Source: Candidatus Saccharimonadota bacterium (GTDB lineage Bacteria > Patescibacteriota > Saccharimonadia > Saccharimonadales > Saccharimonadaceae). From it: DNA of 32,000 bases. Positions within the stretch are counted from its first letter, which is position 1. Every line of letters starts with the position of its first letter. The stretch is from the NCBI GenBank assembly GCA_020160975.1, contig JAIUPJ010000001.1, forward strand, positions 939,551 through 971,550, in the 5' to 3' direction. Below are positions 1 through 9,652 of the stretch, piece after piece. The translations under genes were made by a program, and so were the position numbers. The notes under the pieces are model-generated. The model made no database searches, was not told the DNA's origin, and saw only the letters and a program-made list of their open reading frames with translations.

Positions 1-1
1 C

Positions 2-178
2 GGGAAAGCTGGTGATGGGATGGCGGCAATCACCACAAAAAAGCAAAACCAAATGGCATTTGCTGCAAAATTTTATGTGCATACGCAACTACGCGACTCG
101 CCAGTGAATTTGCGCCTCTCCGCGATAGCGACCACAGGTGAGCAGCCAGAGGTGACCGACTATATTGTTATTGAGTAA
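2..178 (+). CDS. 3' end of an unidentified CDS cut by the window edge
   Basis: The frame is open from position 2 to TAA at 176-178 (...GEQPEVTDYIVIE*). There is no in-window start, and the fragment is too short to assign a family. Confidence 0.3.
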   Translation, partial: GKAGDGMAAITTKKQNQMAFAAKFYVHTQLRDSPVNLRLSAIATTGEQPEVTDYIVIE

Positions 179-193
179 TGCTATTATAATTCT

Positions 194-784
194 ATGGACA
201 TAGCTAGTCTTGGTATTTATACACTCCTCCTTGTCGTTGTCACTTTGCTTGTTGTTTGGCTAGTAACGAACAAAAAAAGTGTGAAGGTATCAACAAAACA
301 TCTGGTACTCGGTGCCATCTTAATGTCGGCGCTTGGGCCTTTGGGGGAGATTTTTGTTGGTACGGTTTATCAGTATGTTGCGGGCTTTCCCTTGTGGCAG
401 TATCAGATATTTCCTGTTCATCACGCCTATACTTCGCTCTATGCACCGGTTATTTGGGCGGTAGGAGGGGTAGAGTTATGTCTGATGGACGCATATCTAA
501 GGGGTAAAACTGCATCTCGGATGTGGCGGCACATCTTTCTTGCAGTCGATATCTTAATTGTTGAGCTTCTCATCAACATCGGTCTTGTTCTGGCTTTTGG
601 ACAAATGATCTTCCGCTATACTCCAGGCGATTTACTGCACTTTTCTTCACTGCAAACCTTGCCATTTTATTTCATCGCAGGACTCGTTTTTACTGGCGCT
701 TTCAAAATACTAAAACCAAATAGCTACCGCGCTGCATCATTATTTGGCTTTATAATGTTTGTCGTCGTATTTCTTGCAAACTAA
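194..784 (+). CDS. Polytopic membrane protein, possibly of the 'putative ABC-transporter type IV' / PF06541-like family
   Basis: The 196-aa ORF has about 6 hydrophobic helices. The segment GFPLWQYQ...SLYAPVIWAVGG resembles the LWDYS...WG signature of that family. The family assignment is tentative. Confidence 0.7.
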   Translation: MDIASLGIYTLLLVVVTLLVVWLVTNKKSVKVSTKHLVLGAILMSALGPLGEIFVGTVYQYVAGFPLWQYQIFPVHHAYTSLYAPVIWAVGGVELCLMDAYLRGKTASRMWRHIFLAVDILIVELLINIGLVLAFGQMIFRYTPGDLLHFSSLQTLPFYFIAGLVFTGAFKILKPNSYRAASLFGFIMFVVVFLAN

Positions 785-785
785 G

Positions 786-3302
786 CTATAGCTGTTTTAG
801 GCGCTCGCAGACAGCTTGCTGGTTCTTTTCGATGAGATCGACGCGGCCCTGAAGGTCGGTGATGCCCATTTCAATCACTCGCTTGAGGCCTATGTTGTGG
901 AGCATTGGTGTGAAGAAATCGGTGTATTCCTGGAGCTGTCGGCGAGTCATCAGGAATTGCCCGGCGTACCGGGGATAATAATCGTAGCTCTTGTCGCTGC
1001 CAAAAGTTTTTTCAATCCACGTCCAATTATCGCGTAGCCATTGCCAGGTACGTTCCCGGGCATGCCGGTTGATCAGCATGTAAATAAACCAATAGGTTGT
1101 GTCTTGGGGGCGAATCAGCTCGGTGTTTGTCAGCATGCCAAGCACCCACTCGATGCTGGCTCTATCCTTGACGCAAGTAACCGCTCCGCGAATATCCTCT
1201 TTGAGATCGGGCGAAACTTCATGCTGGTAGCGCTCCATCAGCGAGGTCAGGAGCTCGGGGTTCTCACCATAGCGCACATCGACGCCAACCAGTAGCCCGC
1301 GCAGCTCGGGGTCAAGTGTCTCTAGTGGTTGGGCGCGAGCGCGGCGAATCGCTTCGGTGATTACCGCTTGATCCTCGCTGTAAATCATCTCGGTAATCAT
1401 GCGAGTACGAAGTTTAATGTCGTTGTCCGATTCGTTGTCTCGCTTGTCCCAGCCGAGCCGCTCGAACTGCGTGCGAGCAAGTTCGCCGACAAAGGTTCGT
1501 AATTTTTTCTCTGCTACCTGGTCGTTCTCAATAAATTTCTTGAGTTCGTTGATTGCCATCACGATCGCATCCCAGACTTGCTCTTCAGATTCGTTTTGAT
1601 ACGCACCGAGGATGTCGATTAATGTCGAAGGATGAACCTCGCCGCCGCGAACTAATAGAATCTGCTCGTTGAGGAGCTGGAGGCGTTGAGCGGTAGTGAG
1701 CTCGCCGCGTTGAAGTCGATCCAGTAGTGCCGCCAGAAGCGCTTCGTCATAATGGGTGATAAAGTGTGCGCTATTGTGTTGGTTGAGGAGAAGCGAAGAG
1801 CCAGTATAAGTAACGACAGCTTCCCTAGTGTCGAGCAGAGTCGGAACTTCGGGGCTTTCGGCCTCGAGCGGAATCGGCCAGAGCTGGTCCCTAGAGTTGT
1901 GAGGCCCGATGAAGAACTGGGATTGGCGAAGCGTCAATTCATTGTTATCGAGATGGGCTGTCACAACCGGGTAGCCTGGTTGTGAAATCCAGGCTTTCAT
2001 GAGGCTGCCAATCGCTTTGCCGCTGGCGGCATCGAGACAATCCCATAGATCTGTTTCGTCGGTGTTTTGGTAGGCAAATCTGGTGAAATATTCTTTCAGC
2101 CCGGCGCGAAAGGCGTCTTCGCCAATGTACTCCATCATCATACGTAATAGTCGTGCGCCTTTGCTGTAAACAATCGCGCCATCAAAAATTGACTGAATCT
2201 CATCCGGATGGTGAACGTCGGTCTGCACTGATTGGACACCGTCAATCGCATCACGGCGAGCTGCCATGACAGCCGAACCGGCATCAAAATCTAGCCAAAC
2301 GTTCCAGTCTGGGTGAAGGGCGTTGGGTGCGATATTCTCCATGATACTGGCAAAACTTTCATTGAGCCAGAGGTTGTTCCACCATTTCATAGTGACGAGA
2401 TTGCCAAACCACTGATGGCTGAGCTCGTGAGCGATGACAGCACTGACGTATTGACGAGCATTGATACTGCTGTGGGTTTTGTCGACGATGAGGGCAGTTT
2501 CGCGGTAGGTGATAAGCCCCCAGTTCTCCATGGCGCCGGCACTAAAGTCTGGTACTGCCACATGATCAGCCTTGGGCAGCGGATACGGTACGCCAAAATA
2601 ATCATCAAAAAACTCGATGATCTTGACAGCTTCTTCGAGGGCAAATTGCAGACTTTTACTTTTCTGAACGGGGGTGGCCCAGACTGTGACCTCGACTCCC
2701 TGCGACGTTGTTGCCGATGCTGACTGGAGCTCGCCCATGACGATAGCGAGTAGATAGGTGCTCATGCGGGGTGTAGTGTCAAAGGTCGTGACCAGCCTAT
2801 CGTCGATAGTGTTTTGGCTTGTCGCCGGCATGTTGCCGAGCACGGCAATGCCGGTTTCTGTCGTGACGGTGACGTCAAAGGTGGCTTTGGCGGCCGGCTC
2901 ATCGATACACGGAAACACTTCGCGCGCATAGTGGCTTTCAAACTGCGTTACAAGCAATTCTTTCTTCTGCCCCTCATGCGTGAAGTAGCACGGGTACAGT
3001 CCATGCAGCGAGTCGGTGATGCTGCCGTGGTAGGTAATAGTGACCGTGTGGTCTCCTGGCGTCAGGCCATCCTGAGAAATCGTCACTTCGTCATCCTGCC
3101 CGTAGCTAAACTGTGCCGGCTGGTCGTCAATAGTAGTCTCTGTAATGCTGAGGTCGTGCGCGTGTACGGCTATCTGGCCATTGACAGACGATCCAGTGAG
3201 GATGACCGTACCTTGGAAGGTTCGCCCTGTGCGGTCGATCACGAGATTTAGATTGTAGTTGGTGGGGATAAATCGATCAAGGAGACGAGAAACTGTTTGC
3301 AT
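786..3302 (-). CDS. pepN: Aminopeptidase N (M1 family zinc metallopeptidase)
   Basis: The 838-aa ORF carries the exopeptidase motif GAMENWG and the zinc site HELSHQWFGNLVTMKWWNNLWLNESFA (HExxH-x18-E). Confidence 0.95.
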   Translation of the reverse strand: MQTVSRLLDRFIPTNYNLNLVIDRTGRTFQGTVILTGSSVNGQIAVHAHDLSITETTIDDQPAQFSYGQDDEVTISQDGLTPGDHTVTITYHGSITDSLHGLYPCYFTHEGQKKELLVTQFESHYAREVFPCIDEPAAKATFDVTVTTETGIAVLGNMPATSQNTIDDRLVTTFDTTPRMSTYLLAIVMGELQSASATTSQGVEVTVWATPVQKSKSLQFALEEAVKIIEFFDDYFGVPYPLPKADHVAVPDFSAGAMENWGLITYRETALIVDKTHSSINARQYVSAVIAHELSHQWFGNLVTMKWWNNLWLNESFASIMENIAPNALHPDWNVWLDFDAGSAVMAARRDAIDGVQSVQTDVHHPDEIQSIFDGAIVYSKGARLLRMMMEYIGEDAFRAGLKEYFTRFAYQNTDETDLWDCLDAASGKAIGSLMKAWISQPGYPVVTAHLDNNELTLRQSQFFIGPHNSRDQLWPIPLEAESPEVPTLLDTREAVVTYTGSSLLLNQHNSAHFITHYDEALLAALLDRLQRGELTTAQRLQLLNEQILLVRGGEVHPSTLIDILGAYQNESEEQVWDAIVMAINELKKFIENDQVAEKKLRTFVGELARTQFERLGWDKRDNESDNDIKLRTRMITEMIYSEDQAVITEAIRRARAQPLETLDPELRGLLVGVDVRYGENPELLTSLMERYQHEVSPDLKEDIRGAVTCVKDRASIEWVLGMLTNTELIRPQDTTYWFIYMLINRHARERTWQWLRDNWTWIEKTFGSDKSYDYYPRYAGQFLMTRRQLQEYTDFFTPMLHNIGLKRVIEMGITDLQGRVDLIEKNQQAVCERLKQL

Positions 3303-3308
3303 ATATGT

Positions 3309-3317
3309 ATTGTATCA
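3309..3317 (-). promoter_or_regulatory. Extended -10 promoter (TGaTACAAT) for pepN, 6 nt from the ATG
   Basis: The minus strand reads TGATACAAT-acatat-ATG. No Shine-Dalgarno sequence lies between them, which implies a leaderless transcript. Confidence 0.45.
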
Positions 3318-3330
3318 GAGAAACACGGGG

Positions 3331-3336
3331 TATACT
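3331..3336 (+). promoter_or_regulatory. -10 box (TATACT) for the nuclease gene, 6 nt from the ATG
   Basis: The plus strand reads TATACT-ggactc-ATG(3343) with no Shine-Dalgarno sequence, which implies a leaderless transcript. Confidence 0.4.
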
Positions 3337-3342
3337 GGACTC

Positions 3343-4077
3343 ATGAAACAACGTCGCCGGCGAGTTCTGGGAGTGATATTGATTGCGATTGCAATCGCGC
3401 TGATGACGGTGAATTCTGGCCAGTCTCAGTTTGGCGCGCCAACAACGTCTACGCGGCCGTCTGGTCCAAACATTACCGATGCGAGCCTGCCGAAAGAGAA
3501 TCCCCCGCAACCAACACCGCTCGCGATCGTCGTGCTGGATACCATCGCCATCAAGGGGCGTGCGCCCAAGACTGATTATCGACGGGTGCAATTTGGTGAC
3601 GGATGGATACTGGTTGGAAACTGCGACACGCGCAACATCATTCTCAACCGCGATCTAACCGATGTAACGCTGACGGGCTGCAAGGTGGCGACAGGCAAGC
3701 TGACCGACCCGTACACAGGTAAGCTGATTGATTTTCAGCGCGGGCCCGAGGGGAGCACGTTGATACAGATTGATCATGTGGTGGCGCTGAGCAACGCTTG
3801 GCAAACCGGTGCGCAGTTGCTGACGCTTCAGCAGCGGATTGCCTTTGCTAATGACCCACTCGAATTGCTGGCGGTTGATGGCAACGCCAATCAAGCAAAG
3901 GGCGATGGTGACGCCGCGACCTGGCTACCGGCAAACAAAGCCTTTCGCTGCCAATACGTCGCACGTCAAATTGCGGTGAAAGCTAAGTATAGTTTGTGGG
4001 TGACACAGGCCGAGAAAGAGGCTATGCAGCGGGTGCTCAGGGAATGTCCGGAGCAGACGGTACCGGGAGTGAGGTAG
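3343..4077 (+). CDS. Secreted DUF1524 / HNH-type endonuclease family protein
   Basis: The start is taken at MKQRRRRVLGVILIAIAIALMTV, which gives a signal or anchor helix. The upstream part of the track ORF would overlap the pepN start. The C-terminal region IDHVVALSNAWQTGAQ...AVDGNANQAKGDGDAATWLP...CQYVARQIAVKAKYSLWVT matches the DUF1524 (GmrSD C-terminal HNH-like) pattern. Confidence 0.85.
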   Translation: MKQRRRRVLGVILIAIAIALMTVNSGQSQFGAPTTSTRPSGPNITDASLPKENPPQPTPLAIVVLDTIAIKGRAPKTDYRRVQFGDGWILVGNCDTRNIILNRDLTDVTLTGCKVATGKLTDPYTGKLIDFQRGPEGSTLIQIDHVVALSNAWQTGAQLLTLQQRIAFANDPLELLAVDGNANQAKGDGDAATWLPANKAFRCQYVARQIAVKAKYSLWVTQAEKEAMQRVLRECPEQTVPGVR

Positions 4078-4225
4078 GGTTGGTCTTAGAGCTTAGAGCA
4101 TAGCTAAACTGCAAAAATAACCCTTGGTTCTAAGTCTTAAGTCGTAAAAAATTGTTTTTCGTCATTCCGGACTTGATCCAAAATTTAAAGATTCTGGTGT
4201 GCTTCTTCTCTAGAAAATCAAATCC

Positions 4226-4785
4226 TTTCTTTTGTCTCATCAAAAGAAACAAAACCGACCACCTTTGGAGTCAAAGGTGGAGAAACCTCTGGGGCGGCTT
4301 CCCTCCGCCGGGAACAGCAACTACGACTTTCTTGGAAGACTGCGGAGTCTTTGTTCAGTGAGCAGGAACAAAGACGAAGTCCTCGTCTTGCCAGGAAAGC
4401 CGTAGTCACCGTGTCTCGGGTCAGTCCAGATGCCCCAGACCCCAGGACGCAGCAGAGCTGCTTATTTCAGCGGCTCTGCCGCAAAATACTGCAGTCACTC
4501 GTGACTGTACACCTAATGGGTCTTGGGAGCTCAAGAACCCAAGAAGACTGAGGATTGTCTTTTGGAGTCATTCACGACATTGTTTCCACTACAAACAATA
4601 GCGATACTGTAGTGGAATGCCCTTTAGGGCAGTATGTCGTGACCAAAAGACAAGCAGAAGGCTTCTTGGCGTGAATGAGATATCCCAATGTCGTGTTTGG
4701 TTCTTTGATCGAAACAAAGAACTGTTTCCCTCGCTTTGCAGCAAAGCGAGTCGCTTTTTGCTTCTTTGGCGAAAGAAAAAGAAGT
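4226..4785. ncRNA. Hairpin-dense non-coding segment, a candidate large structured RNA of unassigned class and uncertain strand
   Basis: At least 12 consecutive stem-loops have 7-10 perfect bp, and a three-way junction spans 4556-4652. There is no credible ORF. Details are in the findings. Confidence 0.3.
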
Positions 4786-4862
4786 GGATTTATTCGGTTC
4801 TTTTGGATAAAGAGCTAGACTTACCCGTTTTGCAAAAAGGAGACGGCATATAAATTTTTAAT

Positions 4863-4934
4863 CCCAAAATGTCAAAACCCCACCCTCACCACACTGGCGG
4901 AGCGGGGCTCGACGCCGAGTGGGTGAGGGTGGGG
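4863..4934 (-). terminator. Very strong hairpin followed by a T-rich tract on the minus strand
   Basis: The 13-bp stem CCCCACCCTCACC (4878-4890) pairs with GGTGAGGGTGGGG (4922-4934). It is extended by 4892-4899 pairing with 4913-4921. On the minus strand it is followed by TTTTGACATTTTGGG. Confidence 0.6.
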
Positions 4935-4938
4935 TGAA

Positions 4939-5226
4939 TCAGAGGGCTGCTTGATACGCGCTGTCGGACGTCTTGATGAACCAAGGCCTCCAAAGCGGTA
5001 GTAGCGGTAGTTTCCTCAAGACAAGTGTCACTGGGTAGTGGCGGCTGTCAGCTGAGCTTGTCCCTACAGATCCCCACATGTGTCTTTGTCTGCGCTTGTA
5101 GATGAAGTGCACAGCAGGGCTCTTCGAGGTTCCTTTTGTGCGTTCATGCCGCTGCACTTGAGTGATCGTGCAGTTGGAGGCGACGACGACGACTTCCATT
5201 GTGCGAGTGATCACAGCATCTCCCAT
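4939..5226 (-). CDS. Hypothetical small basic protein (95 aa), which may instead be part of a non-coding RNA
   Basis: The ORF sits between a consensus-like promoter (5262-5290) and the strong terminator, with its stop 4 nt before the hairpin. It has no Shine-Dalgarno sequence, an odd W/H/R/C-rich composition and no recognisable family. Confidence 0.2.
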   Translation of the reverse strand: MGDAVITRTMEVVVVASNCTITQVQRHERTKGTSKSPAVHFIYKRRQRHMWGSVGTSSADSRHYPVTLVLRKLPLLPLWRPWFIKTSDSAYQAAL

Positions 5227-5261
5227 GATTGAGTGTCCAAAAACCAAAAACTTCCATTTTA

Positions 5262-5290
5262 ATTATGACAAAACTAACTATATTTGTCAA
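5262..5290 (-). promoter_or_regulatory. Sigma70-like promoter TTGACA-17-CATAAT on the minus strand
   Basis: The reverse complement of 5285-5290 is TTGACA and that of 5262-5267 is CATAAT. The spacer is exactly 17 nt. Confidence 0.5.
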
Positions 5291-5310
5291 GTTTTGCGAT
5301 GTTGTAACAG

Positions 5311-8292
<2,982 letters not shown>

Positions 8293-8301
8293 CAGATGTG
8301 T

Positions 8302-8310
8302 ATTATACCA
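8302..8310 (-). promoter_or_regulatory. Extended -10 (TGgTATAAT) for queA-tgt, 9 nt from the ATG
   Basis: The minus strand reads TGGTATAAT-acacatctg-ATG, so any leader is very short or absent. Confidence 0.45.
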
Positions 8311-8314
8311 GCGA

Positions 8315-8343
8315 TTGACATTTTGCCACTTGTTTGCTATGAT
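8315..8343 (+). promoter_or_regulatory. Sigma70-like promoter TTGACA-17-TATGAT for nusA
   Basis: TTGACA is at 8315-8320, TATGAT at 8338-8343, and the spacer is 17 nt. AAGGAG lies 8 nt before the nusA ATG. Confidence 0.5.
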
Positions 8344-8409
8344 CAATAAGTACAGATCCGGCCGGCAGGTCGGACTTTTTCGTAGAAAATAACTGAAAGG
8401 AGTCTGACA

Positions 8410-9528
8410 ATGGAAGACTTAAACATTAAACAACTCACCCTCGCAGTGCGTACTATCGCAGAGGAAAAGAACCTGCCCGAAGAGACAGTGATGGAAGTCA
8501 TCGAGCAGGCAATTGCGGCTGCATGGCGCCGTGACAATGGTGAGCGCGAGCAGGAAGTGCGCGCCGAGCTAAACGTCAATGACGGTACCGCTAAGGTATA
8601 TGTACAGCGTGAAGTGGTCGAAGATCCGATCAACGACGCGACCGAAATCAGCCTGGCAGACGCCAAAAAGGTCAAAAAAGACGCCAAACTCGAAGATATC
8701 ATCGAGGAAGAGCACACCGTGACGAGCTTCGGCCGTGTAGCGGCACAAACAGCCAAGCAAGTGGTGCTCCAGCGCCTACGCGAAGCTGAGCGCGAAGTAG
8801 TGCTGGTGGAGTTTGAAGACAAAATCGGCACCGTGGTCAACGGTATGGTGCAGCGCGTCGAGCCACGCGTGGTGCGTGTCGAGATCAACAAAGCGGTCGG
8901 TATATTGCCGCAGAGTGAGCAGATTCAGGGTGAATTCTACTCTGTTGGACAGCGTATCAAGGTCTTTATCAAGGATATCGAGCGCGACAACCGTGGCCCA
9001 CAGCTCATCCTCAGCCGTGGTAACGAAGCCTTCGTCGAGTATCTCTTCCGCCAAGAAGTGCCAGAGATGGAGACAGGCGCGGTCGAGATTAAGGGTATCG
9101 CCCGCGAAGCTGGTCGTCGTACTAAATTGGCCGTAGCAAGCACAGTACCTGGTGTTGATCCAGTAGGTACCTTCGTTGGTGGACATGGCACGCGTGTCAA
9201 TGCTGTTATGAATGAAATCGGAGACCAGGAGAAAATCGATATCGTTACTTTTGATGACAATGTCGATACCTACATCCGCAATGCGCTTTCACCGGCTGAA
9301 GTGGTGAAAGTAGAGATTGACGAAGAGGCCAAGCGTGCTAAGGTATTTGTGAGTGAAGACCAGCAATCAATTGCTATTGGTCGTGGTGGCCAAAATGTCC
9401 GCCTGGCAAGCAAACTGACCGGCTACGAACTTGATATTGAGACTGCAGTCGCTAAGCCAGCTGAAAAGAAGCCAAAAAAGAATATCGAAGAAGGCCTCTT
9501 CGCAGCTATTGAAGAGCAAGGCGAGTAG
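8410..9528 (+). CDS. nusA: Transcription termination/antitermination factor NusA
   Basis: The 372-aa ORF has a NusA N-terminal domain, an S1 domain and two KH domains (IAIGRGGQNVRLASKLTGYELDI). Confidence 0.95.
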   Translation: MEDLNIKQLTLAVRTIAEEKNLPEETVMEVIEQAIAAAWRRDNGEREQEVRAELNVNDGTAKVYVQREVVEDPINDATEISLADAKKVKKDAKLEDIIEEEHTVTSFGRVAAQTAKQVVLQRLREAEREVVLVEFEDKIGTVVNGMVQRVEPRVVRVEINKAVGILPQSEQIQGEFYSVGQRIKVFIKDIERDNRGPQLILSRGNEAFVEYLFRQEVPEMETGAVEIKGIAREAGRRTKLAVASTVPGVDPVGTFVGGHGTRVNAVMNEIGDQEKIDIVTFDDNVDTYIRNALSPAEVVKVEIDEEAKRAKVFVSEDQQSIAIGRGGQNVRLASKLTGYELDIETAVAKPAEKKPKKNIEEGLFAAIEEQGE

Positions 9529-9550
9529 TCACTCTTCTGCAAAAAAGAAA

Positions 9551-9574
9551 GCCTCCAGATGGGGGCCTTTTTGC
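9551..9574 (+). terminator. Rho-independent terminator of nusA
   Basis: GCCTCC-agat-GGGGGC forms a stem with one G-U pair on the plus strand and is followed by CTTTTTGC. Confidence 0.6.
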
Positions 9575-9584
9575 TGATATTGAA

Positions 9585-9647
9585 GAGGGCACCCTCTCCA
9601 GAGATTTCTCTCCGGAGGGGTGCCCTCGTGTCGCCAGTGGCGACGAG
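9585..9647 (-). terminator. Two GC-rich hairpins just after the flotillin stop, without a U-tract
   Basis: Region 9585-9627 is a helix of about 20 bp whose single mismatch becomes a G-U pair only on the minus strand. Region 9625-9647 is a 9-bp stem. No clear T-run follows either hairpin. Confidence 0.45.
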
Positions 9648-9652
9648 TTGAG

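Noticed and set aside
3259-3342. The upstream extension of the nuclease ORF (MVGINRSRRRETV...)
   Set aside because: It would overlap the pepN start codon and both promoters. The internal ATG at 3343 yields a proper signal or anchor sequence.
5150-5310. A preQ1 riboswitch upstream of yhhQ
   Set aside because: A-rich tracts are present (CCAAAAACCAAAAAC and GACAAAACTAAC). However, no adjacent 5-bp GC stem or pseudoknot arrangement fits preQ1-I, II or III. A covariance-model search would be needed to be certain.
4078-5310. RNase P RNA, tmRNA, SRP RNA or an ORF-less group II intron in the long intergenic region
   Set aside because: The diagnostic strings are absent on both strands. These are the P4 strands, the tmRNA GGGG...UUCGAC 5' end with its T-arm-ACCA 3' end, the domain IV GGAA-loop motif and the intron domain V. 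TCACCCCACCC on the minus strand near 4925 mimics a tmRNA 3' end but has no T-arm or matching 5' strand.
8343-9260. Minus-strand ORFs of 107-182 aa overlapping nusA
   Set aside because: Their translations are low-complexity and S/T/R-rich. They lie antisense to a confidently identified nusA.
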